From Chrysomallon squamiferum (lineage: Eukaryota; Animalia; Mollusca), in the NCBI GenBank assembly GCA_012295275.1, contig CM022668.1, positions 14,136,001 through 14,200,000 of the forward strand: a stretch of 64,000 bases of DNA, read 5' to 3'. The position numbers were made by a program, and so were the translations under genes. This document shows positions 14,262 through 34,746 of this stretch, one piece after another. The notes under the pieces are model-generated. The model did no database searches. It was not told the origin of the DNA and was given only the letters and a program-made list of their open reading frames with translations. Position 1 is the stretch's first letter; every line of letters begins with the position of its first letter.

Positions 14262-14602
14262 CATACACACATGTATGTACATATAAATTTACATAAGTAT
14301 GTATACAAACATACATACAGGCGCACACATACAGAGGTATATATATACATATAATTACATGCCTACAAAGATACAAACATACAAAAATATACATATATTA
14401 ATGCATACATACATAGAAACACACCTACCTACAAACACATACATACAAACATACGTGAACCAAAGTGTTCTTTTCTGAGATCACAATTAAATATTAATGT
14501 TAACAGCAAATGAATTCTGTTGAGCAACGGGTTTTTTCTCTTTTTTTTTTTTTTTTTTTTTGTTTGTTTGTTTGTTTTTTCTCCATTTCTTTAGACCTGA
14601 AT

Positions 14603-14705
<103 letters not shown>

Positions 14706-14825
14706 AGTTATAAGCTATCTCTGCTCTCTCGCTCTCTTTTTTGTCTCCCTGTCTATGGTGTGTGTGTGTGTGTGTGTGTGTTATTTGAAAAAAGCACACA
14801 AATAAACATACTCTACCTTACTGTG

Positions 14826-15470
14826 TTTCTGAGTATTATCCAGGTACTGTTTCCAATTTTTCAGAATCTTACATTCAAACGCTGCACCATCCAGATATAG
14901 TCTAATTTCTCAGTACAATCCAAATCTTTACTATCCAGATTGTTCAAAACAAAGTTTCAGAAACCCGTCCAAATATTATTACTATTTCTTAGTAACGTCC
15001 AAGGCTTTTTTTTTTGTTTGTGTTAAGGTTCTAAAACACATCCAAATATTGTTGTATGATTAAATATTATAGTTATTTTCTCATCGCAAATTGTGTGTTG
15101 GTTTAGTTGTTCTTCTTATCATCCAGATCCTGTTAATACTTTTGTTAAATGAATCTACACTGTAAAGACAGTTTCTCAGTAACCATCAAAACTGTTTGCA
15201 TTTATTTTTATACTTATTACTGCTCTTACGTTTCATTCAGACTGATCAATAACATTCGCAAAGACTTGTGGTTTCTGAGTAATGAGGAAATTGTGTTTAA
15301 TTTCTAAGTACCATCCAAATATTGTTGAATTTCTCAAAAACAATTTCATACGATTATTGTTTAATTTGAGTACCATTCAGAATTTGCTTAAGTTCTCTAA
15401 GTCATCAAAAACATTTCATCAGAGTTTCTCGTCTGTCTGCTGTTTAATTTCTCAGTATTATCCGAATTAG
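14826..15470. repeat. Highly degenerate short-unit tandem repeat (core tttctcagta-n-atccaaatattgtt)
   Basis: Recurrent variants: tttctgagtattatccagg, tttctcagtacaatccaaatc, tttcttagtaacgtccaagg, tttctaagtaccatccaaatattg, tttctcagtattatccgaatt. Confidence 0.55.
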
Positions 15471-16551
15471 CAGTACATCGATTTTATCGATTTTATCAAC
15501 ACATCAAAAATCGGGTATAGATTTTCTTGATTTCCTCGAAATATTTTTTCCAGGTATTCTATTATATCACCAAATATTTTAATTTCTCAACATATATCAA
15601 ACTGTTTTGGTTGTTTTTTTTTTGGTTGTATGGTGTTTTTTGTAGTATCGTTATTAATTCCTCAACATATATCAATTTTGTTTTTGTTTTAGTATTGTTT
15701 TTTTTGTAGTATCGTTATAACTTTCAGACGGTATCCAAGAAATGACTGGATATTTTCAGACTGTGAACACGAAATGACTGGACACTTTCACCACGTCTTC
15801 GTGAGATCTCTGAGTATTTTCTCCCAGCGTTTTAACACACAGCACCTACGCGCGTACGCACACACAACCACAACAACTACGTCTTTCCTCGTTCAATACC
15901 TCGCTGATCTTTCCACCACCGGACCGCGTATCGATATTTGTTTGAGTGGATTGCTATTAGTAACCAACAATACACGCTTCCACAGACATAGACTGCTTCT
16001 CAATGCTTTTTTTTTTTGTTATTATTATTAGTTTATTTATTATTATTTCTATCGATAGAACTCCACGTGTTTGCAGGTTAGTGATTTCTTTGTGTCTCGT
16101 GCTAAGTCAGGCGTAATGGTGACGGAGATTGTTATCTATGTGTGCTCAAGAATGAATAAGAATCGGGTGTGTGTGTGTGTTTGAACAACGTTTTCCTTTC
16201 TAATCTTTTACCGTCATAAAGAACCGCTTCTTCTCTGTCGTAATTATATTTTTGTATATACGCATAAAGAGATAGCGACAGCTCAATAGAAACTTCTCAA
16301 TCCTCTACTATATATATATACCTAGCAGAGAAAAGTAAAGAATATATATATATATATATATATTCATTAATTTTCTCTGTGCTAGGTAAGGAAATGTGTT
16401 CTATTTTGCCTGGGGTTATTTTCATTCATTTTCGAATAGTTGATAAAAGTAAATGTTTTGTGCTCGTTGATATATCTGAAAAATGCTACCAAGATCTGGT
16501 TTTGTTGATTTAATCCATGTACGTTTAAATAAAGAAAGTTATATTAAAATT

Positions 16552-16585
<34 letters not shown>

Positions 16586-17854
16586 CATTCATACAGACAT
16601 ACATATATACATATATTATATATATACACACATATAATATACTTACGTATACATACAAACACACATGCAAGCATATATACATATTCATAAATATATATGC
16701 ACATGCACACACATATACACATTTACATACACACAAAAATATAAACATAAACCCATATATATATATACACACACACACAAACACAAACACAAACATATAC
16801 CAAACATATATATATATATATATAAACACCAGATATATATATAAAACAAACATATATATAGACACACACAAAACACAAACACATACACACACACAAACAA
16901 AAAACACACAACACAAACACACACACAAAACATACATACCACCAGATATAGAGGTAAAATATTATAGACACACAAAGACAAATAGATTGACTTAAACAAA
17001 AATTGATGCAAAGAAAAACATACATACATACAGACATACATACATATAAACACACACACACGTACATACATATATATATATATGCCTACATGTATATATA
17101 TACGTAAGCACATACACATACACACGCAATTACATATGTATATATAGAGAGATACAGAGGCATCTATTACAGTTGTTGTTGTTAACAAATTGATCAGGTA
17201 ACACTGCAGTTGTTAGCAGATACAACGGCCTGTTCATTGTTACGATAAAGCAGATATCTGCATATTTAATAATATAAACATATTTTATTAACGACGATAT
17301 GAAGATTAACATCCGTCTGACACCCAAACGAGGATTTGTTTTTGTTCCGAAATGTCAGATATTCTATTTTTATTTTGTATCACTCATTCGTGACAAAAAG
17401 ATAAAATGTAACTCGACTAAACATTTATTAAAATCCGGAAAGATGATATGTTTGTTTTGAAGTGTCAAACATCTATTTTTTATGATTATTACAATTATTA
17501 TTATTCGTAACCTCAAGATTAAACTTAAGACGATTTGCCATTTATTAATAACTTAAAAGATTATCTATTCTTCTTTTTGAGGTGTCAAACATTCTTTCTT
17601 TCCTGCTTTCACTTGCTCGTAACGTCTAGTTTAAATCTAACTCGACAAGCCTTTTATTTATTATTAACGCTACAAGGCCGATAACTCCATTTTAACCCTG
17701 AGTCACGGCGTCGGTTTGTTGAACAATCGATTGGACAGGTAAACAAATGTAGGTCACTAGCAGGTGACAAACAGCGTCATGTTTGATTCAGTCACCTAGG
17801 ATTTAAATATATATGTTTATTACGTTAGCAAAGCAGACGATCTGTTTTCCAGAC

Positions 17855-23317
<5,463 letters not shown>

Positions 23318-24050
23318 TGTTTAACAAATATGTAGACTGTCTTCAGGGCCTTTGGAAATTATTGACTATGGTCAAGAAAGGATGTGTTTCTTTTTTTTTT
23401 CAAATGAAAAATTTGTGAAAATATTATTATTATTATAATTATTATATTTTTCATTGTTAGAAAGAGGAATTGTTATAATTATTTCCTATTCTGTCAGTAA
23501 TTTGAATGATCCAATCACAGCCATTGTCACAATGGTGTTGTTTACAAGAGGATATTCTGTTGGATGATATTTCGTCTACCATTATAGCATTGGATTGGGA
23601 CATTAATTTTTAAAATTTGTCACAAAAATAGAATAAAAGATGAAGAACAGAAACCTGGAAATTTTTAAAGTTTGATGAAAGATCTCAGTAATTTAAGTTA
23701 CCAGTATTTATTTCTAATATTTTGTTGGTTCTTTGGATAATATATATATATATATATAAACAATAATGATGCTTCCAAAGTGAACTTTTGTGAAACCTGT
23801 GTTTTGTTTTATTTTTATTTATTTTTTTATTATTTAAATAAAAATAATTATTATATATATTGCTAGATGCCATTACTTGCTAATGATAAAAAATAACAAA
23901 AATGTACATCATCATTCTTATGTGCATGTTTGTAACAATTTCCAAGCAGACAGAAAAACAGAAAATCAAATCTAACTGATTTATACTTCAGCAACAATCT
24001 GTGCTAACAATTAAGTATGAAATGAAAGTAACAAGTTACTATGCTAGAAG

Positions 24051-24085
<35 letters not shown>

Positions 24086-24262
24086 CACAATTGTTCACCT
24101 ATGTAAGAAATTTGACATAATTGATTACAGAAATGAGACCAAAAAAAAAGTACTTCTGGGTTATTGTTATTCAAACCAACCTTTGCTAATGATAAAGTAC
24201 GATATATAACAATGACAAAGTATAGGAGATGTATGAAAGCTGACATTTTTACCCCTTTCTCC

Positions 24263-24318
<56 letters not shown>

Positions 24319-24871
24319 AAAAGAGATGTGAAAAAACCCATTACAGGCAGGCAGTTATTCAATTACATATTCCTGACAGACTGAATTCTTCAGTGCAAAA
24401 TAAAATTATTATTCCTTGCCATTTTAAAACATATTTTAAAATATGTTTTGTAAATGAAATAACATGACAAAATGCAAAAAAAACCTCATCTTTATGGTAT
24501 TGGTACAGAATGTGGTATTTCTTAATTATACTTAATTATTGTCAAAGTTTGGTGGTCTATAACAATTAATCCAATCAAATGGAAGAATACGAAAAGCATT
24601 ACGATTGTTTTTATATCGCAAAATGTAAATTTTAAGATGTTAGAATCATGAAGCAAGATAATATGTTAATTTTTATGAATGATCTCAAAAAATTGCACAA
24701 ATAATGAAAATATGTCAGAGATAGATAGCCTTTAATTAATTAATGTATGAAATAATTATATTCTGTTTTGCTGTCTCCATTTTTTATTTTATTTTATATT
24801 TTATCTTATATATAAAATTCTACTTAATATGTTAATTGTTAATGATTTATCAGTATTATTACTATAATTAC

Positions 24872-24923
<52 letters not shown>

Positions 24924-25016
24924 AAAAATAAATAAATAAGTGTAGGGAAGGAAAGCTTATTATTTATATGAATAGGCTTCTGAAATATAATTTTTCCTTA
25001 ATTATCATTAATATTA

Positions 25017-25063
<47 letters not shown>

Positions 25064-25664
25064 AAAGTATAAATTAAATAAGAAGGCTAAAACAAATAAA
25101 TATTTCACTTTATTTTAAAATTCTTTATTTTAAATTCAAAATCATTTTTAAATATATTCCTTTGTTCCATTAAAGATGAAATTTTTTTTTTTTTTGAAAA
25201 CATATTATGATCAAAATATTTTGCCTAAAAGTATAAAAATTGCAATAAAGTTTATTTAAATATCAGACCTTAACAGGTTTTTGTAAAATAAAAATATAAA
25301 TAATAAAAAAGACAACAATTGATATTAAAATAATATAATCTCACTAGTTTATTTTTATCTTTAATTGATGCAAAATACATTAAAAATACTTAAATGTCTG
25401 CTCCAAAACTTTTGTCTTAAACTTAAAAAAATAATAATAAAATAATAATAATAATAATAATCATAATAACAATAATAATAATAATAGTCATACAATAGTG
25501 TTGTTGATATCTTTGTTGTTTATGAGTAATTATTAGTAATAAATCAATAAATTTAATTAAATGATTAACTTCATCTGATATCACTTTATCTGAAAAATAG
25601 TAATATGCAGATGTTTTCTTTAACAGATTACATGACATCCCTAATGGTATTATCTGTCTGTACC

Positions 25665-25723
<59 letters not shown>

Positions 25724-26061
25724 GTAAAGTGTAGTCATAATTTGATTGAAACAATGCAGCATAGTTAAGGAGGAAAAAAGACAAAGAAGAATAAACATGA
25801 CCAAATATTTGCATTATAAGAATGATGAAGGGATGTCATCATAAGGTGCTTTTAATATGTACAGATATTTTTATTATTTATGTTACAACATATAATTGTA
25901 TGTTGTTATGATTATGCAGGACTGAGTTTAATTTATCTGTTGTTATGAAACAGTTTTATGTTATTATGTATATGCAATTTTGAAAAAACATTTTCCCTTT
26001 CACTTTATTTAATTGTGTTTATTTAATTTTTATTAATTTATTTGTTTGTTTATTTATTATA

Positions 26062-26133
<72 letters not shown>

Positions 26134-26589
26134 TGTTGTTGTTGTTGTTGCTGCTGTTTTAACATATTTATAATTTTTTATTTTTTTTAAATTCATAAAA
26201 ATATTCAGTAATTTAAAGAAAAAAAAAAGGTTTATTCCCAAAATGTTTTTAATTTCTATTGATTTTAAAATTATTTTTATATATGTATTTAAGTTTTTAA
26301 TTTTGTACTTTTATGATTATTATTCTATAATGTTGATAATTATCACTAGTATTATTATTATTATTATGTATGATTCATAGATTTTGTGCTTTGTAATAAT
26401 AGTCATGTTTAGTTCATAATTTTACTTTTTTTTGAAACTGAAAGCTGAACTAATTTAAAATTTAAAAAATATTTTTAAAAAACCCTCAAGGAAATAAAGA
26501 AATTAAACAATACCTTAATAAATTTAAATTTATAGAAAAAAAGGTACATTTTAAAACTTTACTTTGCTTTTGGAAATAATCTATTGATC

Positions 26590-26639
<50 letters not shown>

Positions 26640-27675
26640 CCCATGTCCATATCTCCATACCTACATCTCTACCTAAATAATGTTTGTATCTGCATCTGTA
26701 TATAATACACATACATACATAATCTTTTCTACAAATTTTATTAGACGTTTTCGTGTCAAAAACCAAAATGTTTATGATAGGTATTTCATTTATAGTTAGC
26801 AAACCCAGATATATGAATAATCAAACTGCTTACCTATTGAATATATATTCTTTAGCTGACTTAGATTAAAATGTATCAAAAGTCAAATGTTATGATAGAT
26901 AGTATTGTTTTGAGATGAGCGATATGCATGTTATGTACAAACTCAGATGGACATATACACATACATAAATATGCAAACACTTGCATACATATACATTATT
27001 AATTTAAGGGTTTATAATATAAATGTAATTGATTTTTTGTTTATATTTAATTATTTTTGTAACATCAATTTTTATAGGATTTTTTGTGTTTTTGTTTTTT
27101 TGTTTCATTAAATTATTTATTTTATTAGTTTGTTATAAACTTTTATATCATTATTATGATTATACTGAACTGAATGTTGTTTTCATTTATCAAGTTGTGT
27201 TTTATTTATTTTTTAGCCAATTTTAATTAATAATTACATACAACAAAAGATAAGTTAAAACAAACCTTGGTTCTCATTTCACATACATAAACCCATAAAT
27301 TATTTAATAACGTAATTTTAATTGATTTTTATTGTATTTAATGATTTTATTTTGTAACTTCAGTTTAATTGAGGCATTTTTTTAATTATTATCATTAGTT
27401 GTTGATTTAAAATAAAATATTTGTTATATCATTAAATGAACTGAATTATGTTTTTATTTACCATTTATGTTTTGTTTCTAAGCCAGGCTTAATAATAATC
27501 ATGTAAAATGACAAAAAAAAAAAATAATAATAATAATAATAAAATAATAATAAATAAATAAATAAATAAATTAATGAATAAAAACTACCAGTTAAAACAA
27601 ATCTTGGATCTGTCATGACATCATTTGATCCAGTTTGTCATAAAAAAAACCCAGCTATCAGTCTGCAATATTATA

Positions 27676-27789
<114 letters not shown>

Positions 27790-28330
27790 ATTACATAATA
27801 ATCTGATCCACACATATATACCTACATAAATATCCACACACACACACATTATATATATATATATATTTGCGTATATATTTTTAAAAATTTAATTCTATAC
27901 TTCTTCAAATCACAAAATAAACAACACAACTCAAAATAGCACAGTGATTGGATTTATGTTCATTTACATAATGAGGTGAAAAATTCACAAAACACTGTAA
28001 ACGGCAAAAGCAAACTAGTATTATTGTCAGTATGATGATGTTACAGAGATGTCTGTCTTCTTAACTAAACTCTTTATGTAAGTGTTGATACTTAGCAACT
28101 AAAGATTCAGTAGTGTCATAATAATAATGATAATAAAATAAAAGTATAATAATAATAATATTAATAAAATAAAAGTAAAATAATAATAATAATAATAATA
28201 ATAAAAATAATTAATAATAATAATAATAGTAATAATGATGATGATAACATAGTAATAGTGATAATGATGATAGTAATAATAGTAATAGGAGCTGTAGTAG
28301 CATAATAATAATAAAAACAACAATAACTAC

Positions 28331-28374
<44 letters not shown>

Positions 28375-28616
28375 CAACAATAACAACATTTGTATATTAA
28401 ATTACTAATGTATTAGAGATGGTAGTTACCATGAATGTATGGTCTGTCTGTATACATGTGTATATTTGTGTTTGAGTATGTGTGTGTCTGTGTGTTGTCT
28501 GTGTGTATGTATGTGTGTACATTTTTATGAATGTGACTCAGTGTATATGCAAAATAAAAAGAAAAGTGGTTGTAGTAATAATGATAATAAAATATATTAT
28601 TAACATTAACAATCAC

Positions 28617-28649
<33 letters not shown>

Positions 28650-28757
28650 GTTTACCTTTTATATTTGAATCCATAAAATAAAAAGTAATAATAATGATTG
28701 TAGTAATAATGAAAATAAAATAATATATTATTAACAATAACAATGATGATGATGATG

Positions 28758-28804
<47 letters not shown>

Positions 28805-31506
28805 TATAATTATAATAATAAAAAGAAATGTGGAAATTTTCACAAATATTCAACCACTGATGAAATATTTTCGGAATTTCTTGTTCACTTTCAGAAATAT
28901 CTGGAAGAGCACTGAAAATTTTAATAACAAAATGTTGACATAAACAAATATACAACATGTGTTTTTCAAATCTCATCAGCATAAAAAATGTTTTTTACAC
29001 CATTGAGACTTAAGATTCTGTTTTTTGCACCTGTTATTATTCAAGGTATACTGAACAACAAAAAAGAAAGGATCCAAGCTCTTCAAAAACGAAATGAAAA
29101 TAAACAGTTCCCGATACATTCTTATTACATCAGTGAAAGTCATATGCATTTAGGTGCATAATAATTAAGTTTTCACTGTAATCTTTCATTTTAAATCTTT
29201 TTATTTCATCATATCTGTCATATTTACCAGATATATAATATTTATCTATGGAAAAGTATTAAAAAAATAATAAAAATTGAAACCTAATTATTTAATAATG
29301 ATTTTAGACTTCTGGATTCATCATCATCATTATCATTACTATTATCATCATCGTTATCATCATTATTATTATATACTTCAAGAATAGTTTCATATTCTGG
29401 GCCTGTTTCAGCATCAGAAATAAATAATTTACTGTATTATCATTCCAAATAATGGCATAATTAAAAGTTAAAGCTGACATCTCAGTCTCTGTAATGAAAC
29501 ATCAATAAACACAGTTTAAAAATACAGAACACTCTGTAACATCCATTACAAACACAAAACAACATTACAAAAACATTACAACCAACTAAACTTCAGTAAC
29601 ATATCCAACAATTCAACTCAATTGTGACTGTCCACTAAAAAAAAATTTTTTAAATCTTTGGCTTTTGTCTTTCCTTTATTTTTTTTAAAATATTTTTTAA
29701 ATAAACACAGATTGATAATTATTTCGATGTAAGAACCAGCTTTGTAGTGCAAAAAAAGTGGTAGTCATGGCAACTCAAATTTCTCACAGATGTGGTGACG
29801 GCCATTTTATGAAAATGGTGTCTTAAAATGTCTTGTTTATAATTACTCCCATGTCTGTCCTGGCAACCTGGGTTTTTCAAAGTTAGTTACTACTGCCTTG
29901 TGAACACCAAAACATAAATGAACAATAAATTCTGAGTATTTTACCTGGAACAATAAAGGCAGACTGGGTCATTAAACACAAGTGAAAGAATAATTTCAGC
30001 CTCTGCATGTTGAGCATATTCAACATTTTTGTAATTTGAAGTCAAACCAAATCATCCAGACAAACTCATGTTACTTAATCTGTGGCTGTGTTAATGCAAA
30101 TTTGCCCTGTGACATACAACTAGTTTTGTGGTGAACAGTCACATTATGTAAATTTACCAAAATCTTTAAAGCAGAATTAAAAAAAAAAAATTAAAAATTA
30201 AAAAAAAAATAGTCAATTCACCAGTGACATTAAAAACACTTATATCTCTGAAACGAAAGCATAAATAAAATGCTTAATTTTTTTTTTTCAAAACCAAACA
30301 ACAAAACAAAACACATTGAACAATATACAAAATAACAACCAATAGCTGCAAGATAATATTAAATCTAACCAATCAGAGATTGGCATCGTCGTTAAAAAAA
30401 AAACATTTGATTGGTTGATGTGAGGAAGCACATAAAAATTAACATCTATATCACTCATAAACAAAATGAAATTTTTTAATAATTATTTATTATTGCAACT
30501 GCATTGCATTTTCAAAGCAAAAATAATATGACTAGTTTTTTTTTCTTTATTTTTGTTTTGTTTTTATTATTGTATTTCGTATTCGAAGCACAAACAATGT
30601 GACTGCATCATGATATCAAAGCAAAAATAATATAGTTGTAAATTAAAGATTTAAAAAAAAAAATTATCATTATTGTATAATACTGTTGTAATAATACAAA
30701 ACTCTAAACAAAAAAAATGTATTTATCATTGTAACGATATTTTTTTCAAAACTTTTGATTATACAATTAAACAAAAATGACATAATTTGGATTTAGTTTC
30801 TAGGTAAATAAACATTTTAATGTTGATGCAAAAAACACTACTAGTAAATGTAGATATGCTTTGAAAAAACAAATAATAATAATAGTAAAAATATTTTTAA
30901 AAAGTTAAAAATAAAATTAAAAATAAATAAATACATCTAACAAATTTATTTATTGTCATGATGTCATAAGGTATATATAAAATAATTTAATTTAAATTCT
31001 AGATAAATAAACATTTTGTTGGTATGCAATAAAGTGCATCCAGCAAATATGTATATACTTTGATAAGAAAACAAAAAAAAACATGTTTAAAATTAAAAAT
31101 TAAAATTCTCAGGTTTATTTGTCATGAATAAAATGATTTCATTAACTATCTAGATAAATATACATTTTGTTGGTTATGTGAAAGTGTATATGCACTGATA
31201 AATATATTTTGATAATCACCAAAAAAAAAAATAAGAAAAATAAAACTGAAACGTTCTTAACCATAGATAAAATAATTTTATTAACTTTCTAAATAATTAA
31301 TCTTTTTATTTATTTATGTACTTATTTATATATTTATTAGTGTTATTTTTTAAAATAAGCTCAAACTGCAGTAAGTTACTTAGTCAAATGTAATTTTAAA
31401 TAATTTAACTAATAATAATAAGTAGTATTAGTACCATTATCAGTAATAATAAAAATGATAATTAAGTTTTATTATTATTATTATTATTAAAAACAGTAAT
31501 AAACAA

Positions 31507-31551
<45 letters not shown>

Positions 31552-34107
31552 TAATAACAACAATTAACAATATACAAAGTCTCTAATTCATAAACAAAGA
31601 TATGCAGATCACATGACTTTAGAAAATAACCAACTAAAACAGAAATATAGGTCATGTGATATGTAGATTTCTACCACTTCTAAGGGCATTTGTGTAGGTA
31701 TGTGTATGTATTTTTAAACATCAATAAATATGAAAATAAAACCCAGAGAAAAAGAAGTATTAAATTTTTAATAAAATAAAATAAAATAAAATAACTAAAT
31801 AAATAATTAAAACAAAAATTAAATAATAAAAAATACATCCCAAAAAAAAAAAAATGGTTCATGAAAATGACCTATGGATACCAATAAAAATTAAAAAATA
31901 AATTAATAAAAATAAAAAAAACAACAAAAAAACAACTTCTCATAGAATCTATCCAGTCAAAAGCAGTGTTACATGATATTTTCAAAAATAACAGAATTAC
32001 AAATGAGGCACACAATTTTGGATGATAAAAACACAAGCAGTTCTCGTGACCTAACACATTACCATATTAAAATCAGTCAGGTCACATGAAAGTGACTTTC
32101 GTCAAACACAAAACAAAATTCTTATTATAACAATAACAAAAAAATTTGACACAAGCTATTATAATTTACATATAAATACAACATGAAAAAAAATTAAAAA
32201 ACAAAAAGAAATGACAAAAGTCATACATATTTGTAATGTCTGATAAATTACGTTGAAAGAAAAAGGTTATAAAGACTGAGCCAAAGCATTTGCTAATTTA
32301 TTTTTTTATGCAAACTCTTAAAAAAAGCTTGTAACAATTTTAACAGCAAATTCTAAAAAGACTGAGTCAAAGCGTTATTCTATTAAATATAGTGTCAACA
32401 GATTTTCAGAAAGTAAATAAAAAGATTTCAACATCTCTTATCCATTTTTATTTTAATTCCAGATTTATAATTAATCGTTGAATTTAAAAAAAAGAAAATT
32501 TTAGCCACATAAAAATTCATGTTTATTTGAATTCCAAATTTATGATTAATCATTTATTTAAATACAAGATTTGTTTTAACTACATATAAATTCAATTCTG
32601 ACAGACCTTTCAAATTTAATTATCTGTCTGGTAATAAGTAAACGTACAGTAGTGTTTTATATATTATAACTAAAATCATTCAGATTTGATTATTTTCAAA
32701 TACTCGATTCAGCAGTTTCAAACATTGTTTTAATTTTTACAGCGATTTAATGCACTGCTCGTCAATAATCACAATTCACAAATCATGTCAAACTACTTAC
32801 TAAAAAAAAAAACTTATATAACAACATAAAATATATAAACTTTTGCAAGGAAGCTTCTTTTTAAAATACGGCATATCAGAAAATATCAGTAACTTTCAGA
32901 AATTTACTGATGGCAATATGGTTGTATAAAATTTAAGATTAATCATCATAAGAAACATTAATGAATTTAAGAAATATATATTTAGCAACTAAAATTATTT
33001 ATAAAACACGAGAGTTTTGTTTGGAATTGCTAAATATATTAATAATTTTAACTTTGCCAATATTTTCCAATCTAACGAATACAGCAATTTTCTAAAGCAT
33101 ACAGGTTTCGTCACATTTAATTATTTTTAATAACTTTAATTTTGCTGTTTTATGTCTTAAGATCATCTTTAACATATAAAACCTGTTAGTATAAACATTT
33201 AAAAAATATATAATGGAACAGTTCTTTTATTAGTAACATTATTTTAAAAACAAAATGTTTACTTGTTGTCGTGCGACTACATGAGTTTTTGTTTGGAATT
33301 GTTCTTTTCTTCTGAAAATGTAGAAATATCAGTTTGTTTAGGATCAAAGCAGAAGAAGCTGTGAGATATGTACTAGCAAGTCTTCATTTTTCACAATCTG
33401 AAAAGAATAAGAAAATTTTAATAATACAAAGATCATTAACAGTTGGAATAATATCAGCAGCAACAATAATATTTAATAATAGTAACAAAAATTATTATAA
33501 CAATGAAAGTAATAATGATAATAATAATAATAATGAAATAATAATAGTTGCTGTAGTAGTAATAACAAAAGTAATTATAACAATGGTAATAACAACTAAT
33601 AAAACTAATTATAACACTAGTAGTAATAAAAATACTAATAAAAATAATAAAAATAATAATAATAATAATAATAACAATAGTAATAATGGTAGTATTACTA
33701 GTTATAGTAGTAATAATACTAATGAACAATAAAAGTGATAAATATTTCAGCATCACACATGGTTGCTTAATTTAAGCTGTGAACATTTGGACGTAACTGA
33801 AAAAAACCACTTTAAAATACAGCAATGAATGGATGACAAACAATCACAAAGAAAACTATCTTCTGCTAAAAACGTGAGTCAGATAATAATAAATACTGTA
33901 CAGGTCTCTATTTTCGTCAAACTTTTACATCCCTCTGATTGTTAAACAACCTAATTTGCTACTTAACTTTGTTGGTGTGCCATCCTACCTGTTTCCACAG
34001 TTACCTATTTTCAGCATCCAAAGAAAACTGTCAGCACAATTTTACTTACTTCGCGTCGGCATACAGTCCAGCCCTTTCCCTAAAAACCGTCCTCCCTGTT
34101 TCCATAG

Positions 34108-34714
34108 TTACCTGTTTTCAGCATCCGAAGACGATCTCGACTCCATTTTGTCCACTTTCCGCTTGGCTGAGGCTCTGATTCTAGAGGGGGGTGGGGAGTA
34201 ATAGTTGCTGAAGTCCTTCCATGTGGGTTTGTCTCGAAGAGTCGGTACTTCTTCAACTTCAGCAGTCTGTACAGAGAAACAAAGAAAAAAAGGATTTGTT
34301 TGTTTTTCTGGTTGATGTGTCTGTGTGTGGATTAGAAGACAGAGGCAGAGACAAAAAGGGAGACGTCTGAATGGAAGATGATAAAAGGAGAAAGACAGAA
34401 AGACATAGAGAGACAGAGACTGTTGGTCAAAGTAAGGTAGTAGAATAGTAGTGATTATAAATTTGTTTCAGAAATATATATTTTTGTATGAGTGTAAGTA
34501 TGTGTTCATGAAAATATATGTATATACAAGTATGTAACAAGTATGCATGTTTTTTAACATACTTTTATCATGGGTATATAATACATGTTAAAGAATAATA
34601 ATATGTGCAGGCATGTATCTTTGTGTGTATGCCTACCTTTATAAGTGCATATATATAGATAGACAGAAAAATAGAAACAGAAAGAAAGAAAGTGAAACAG
34701 AAACAGACAGACAG

Positions 34715-34746
<32 letters not shown>
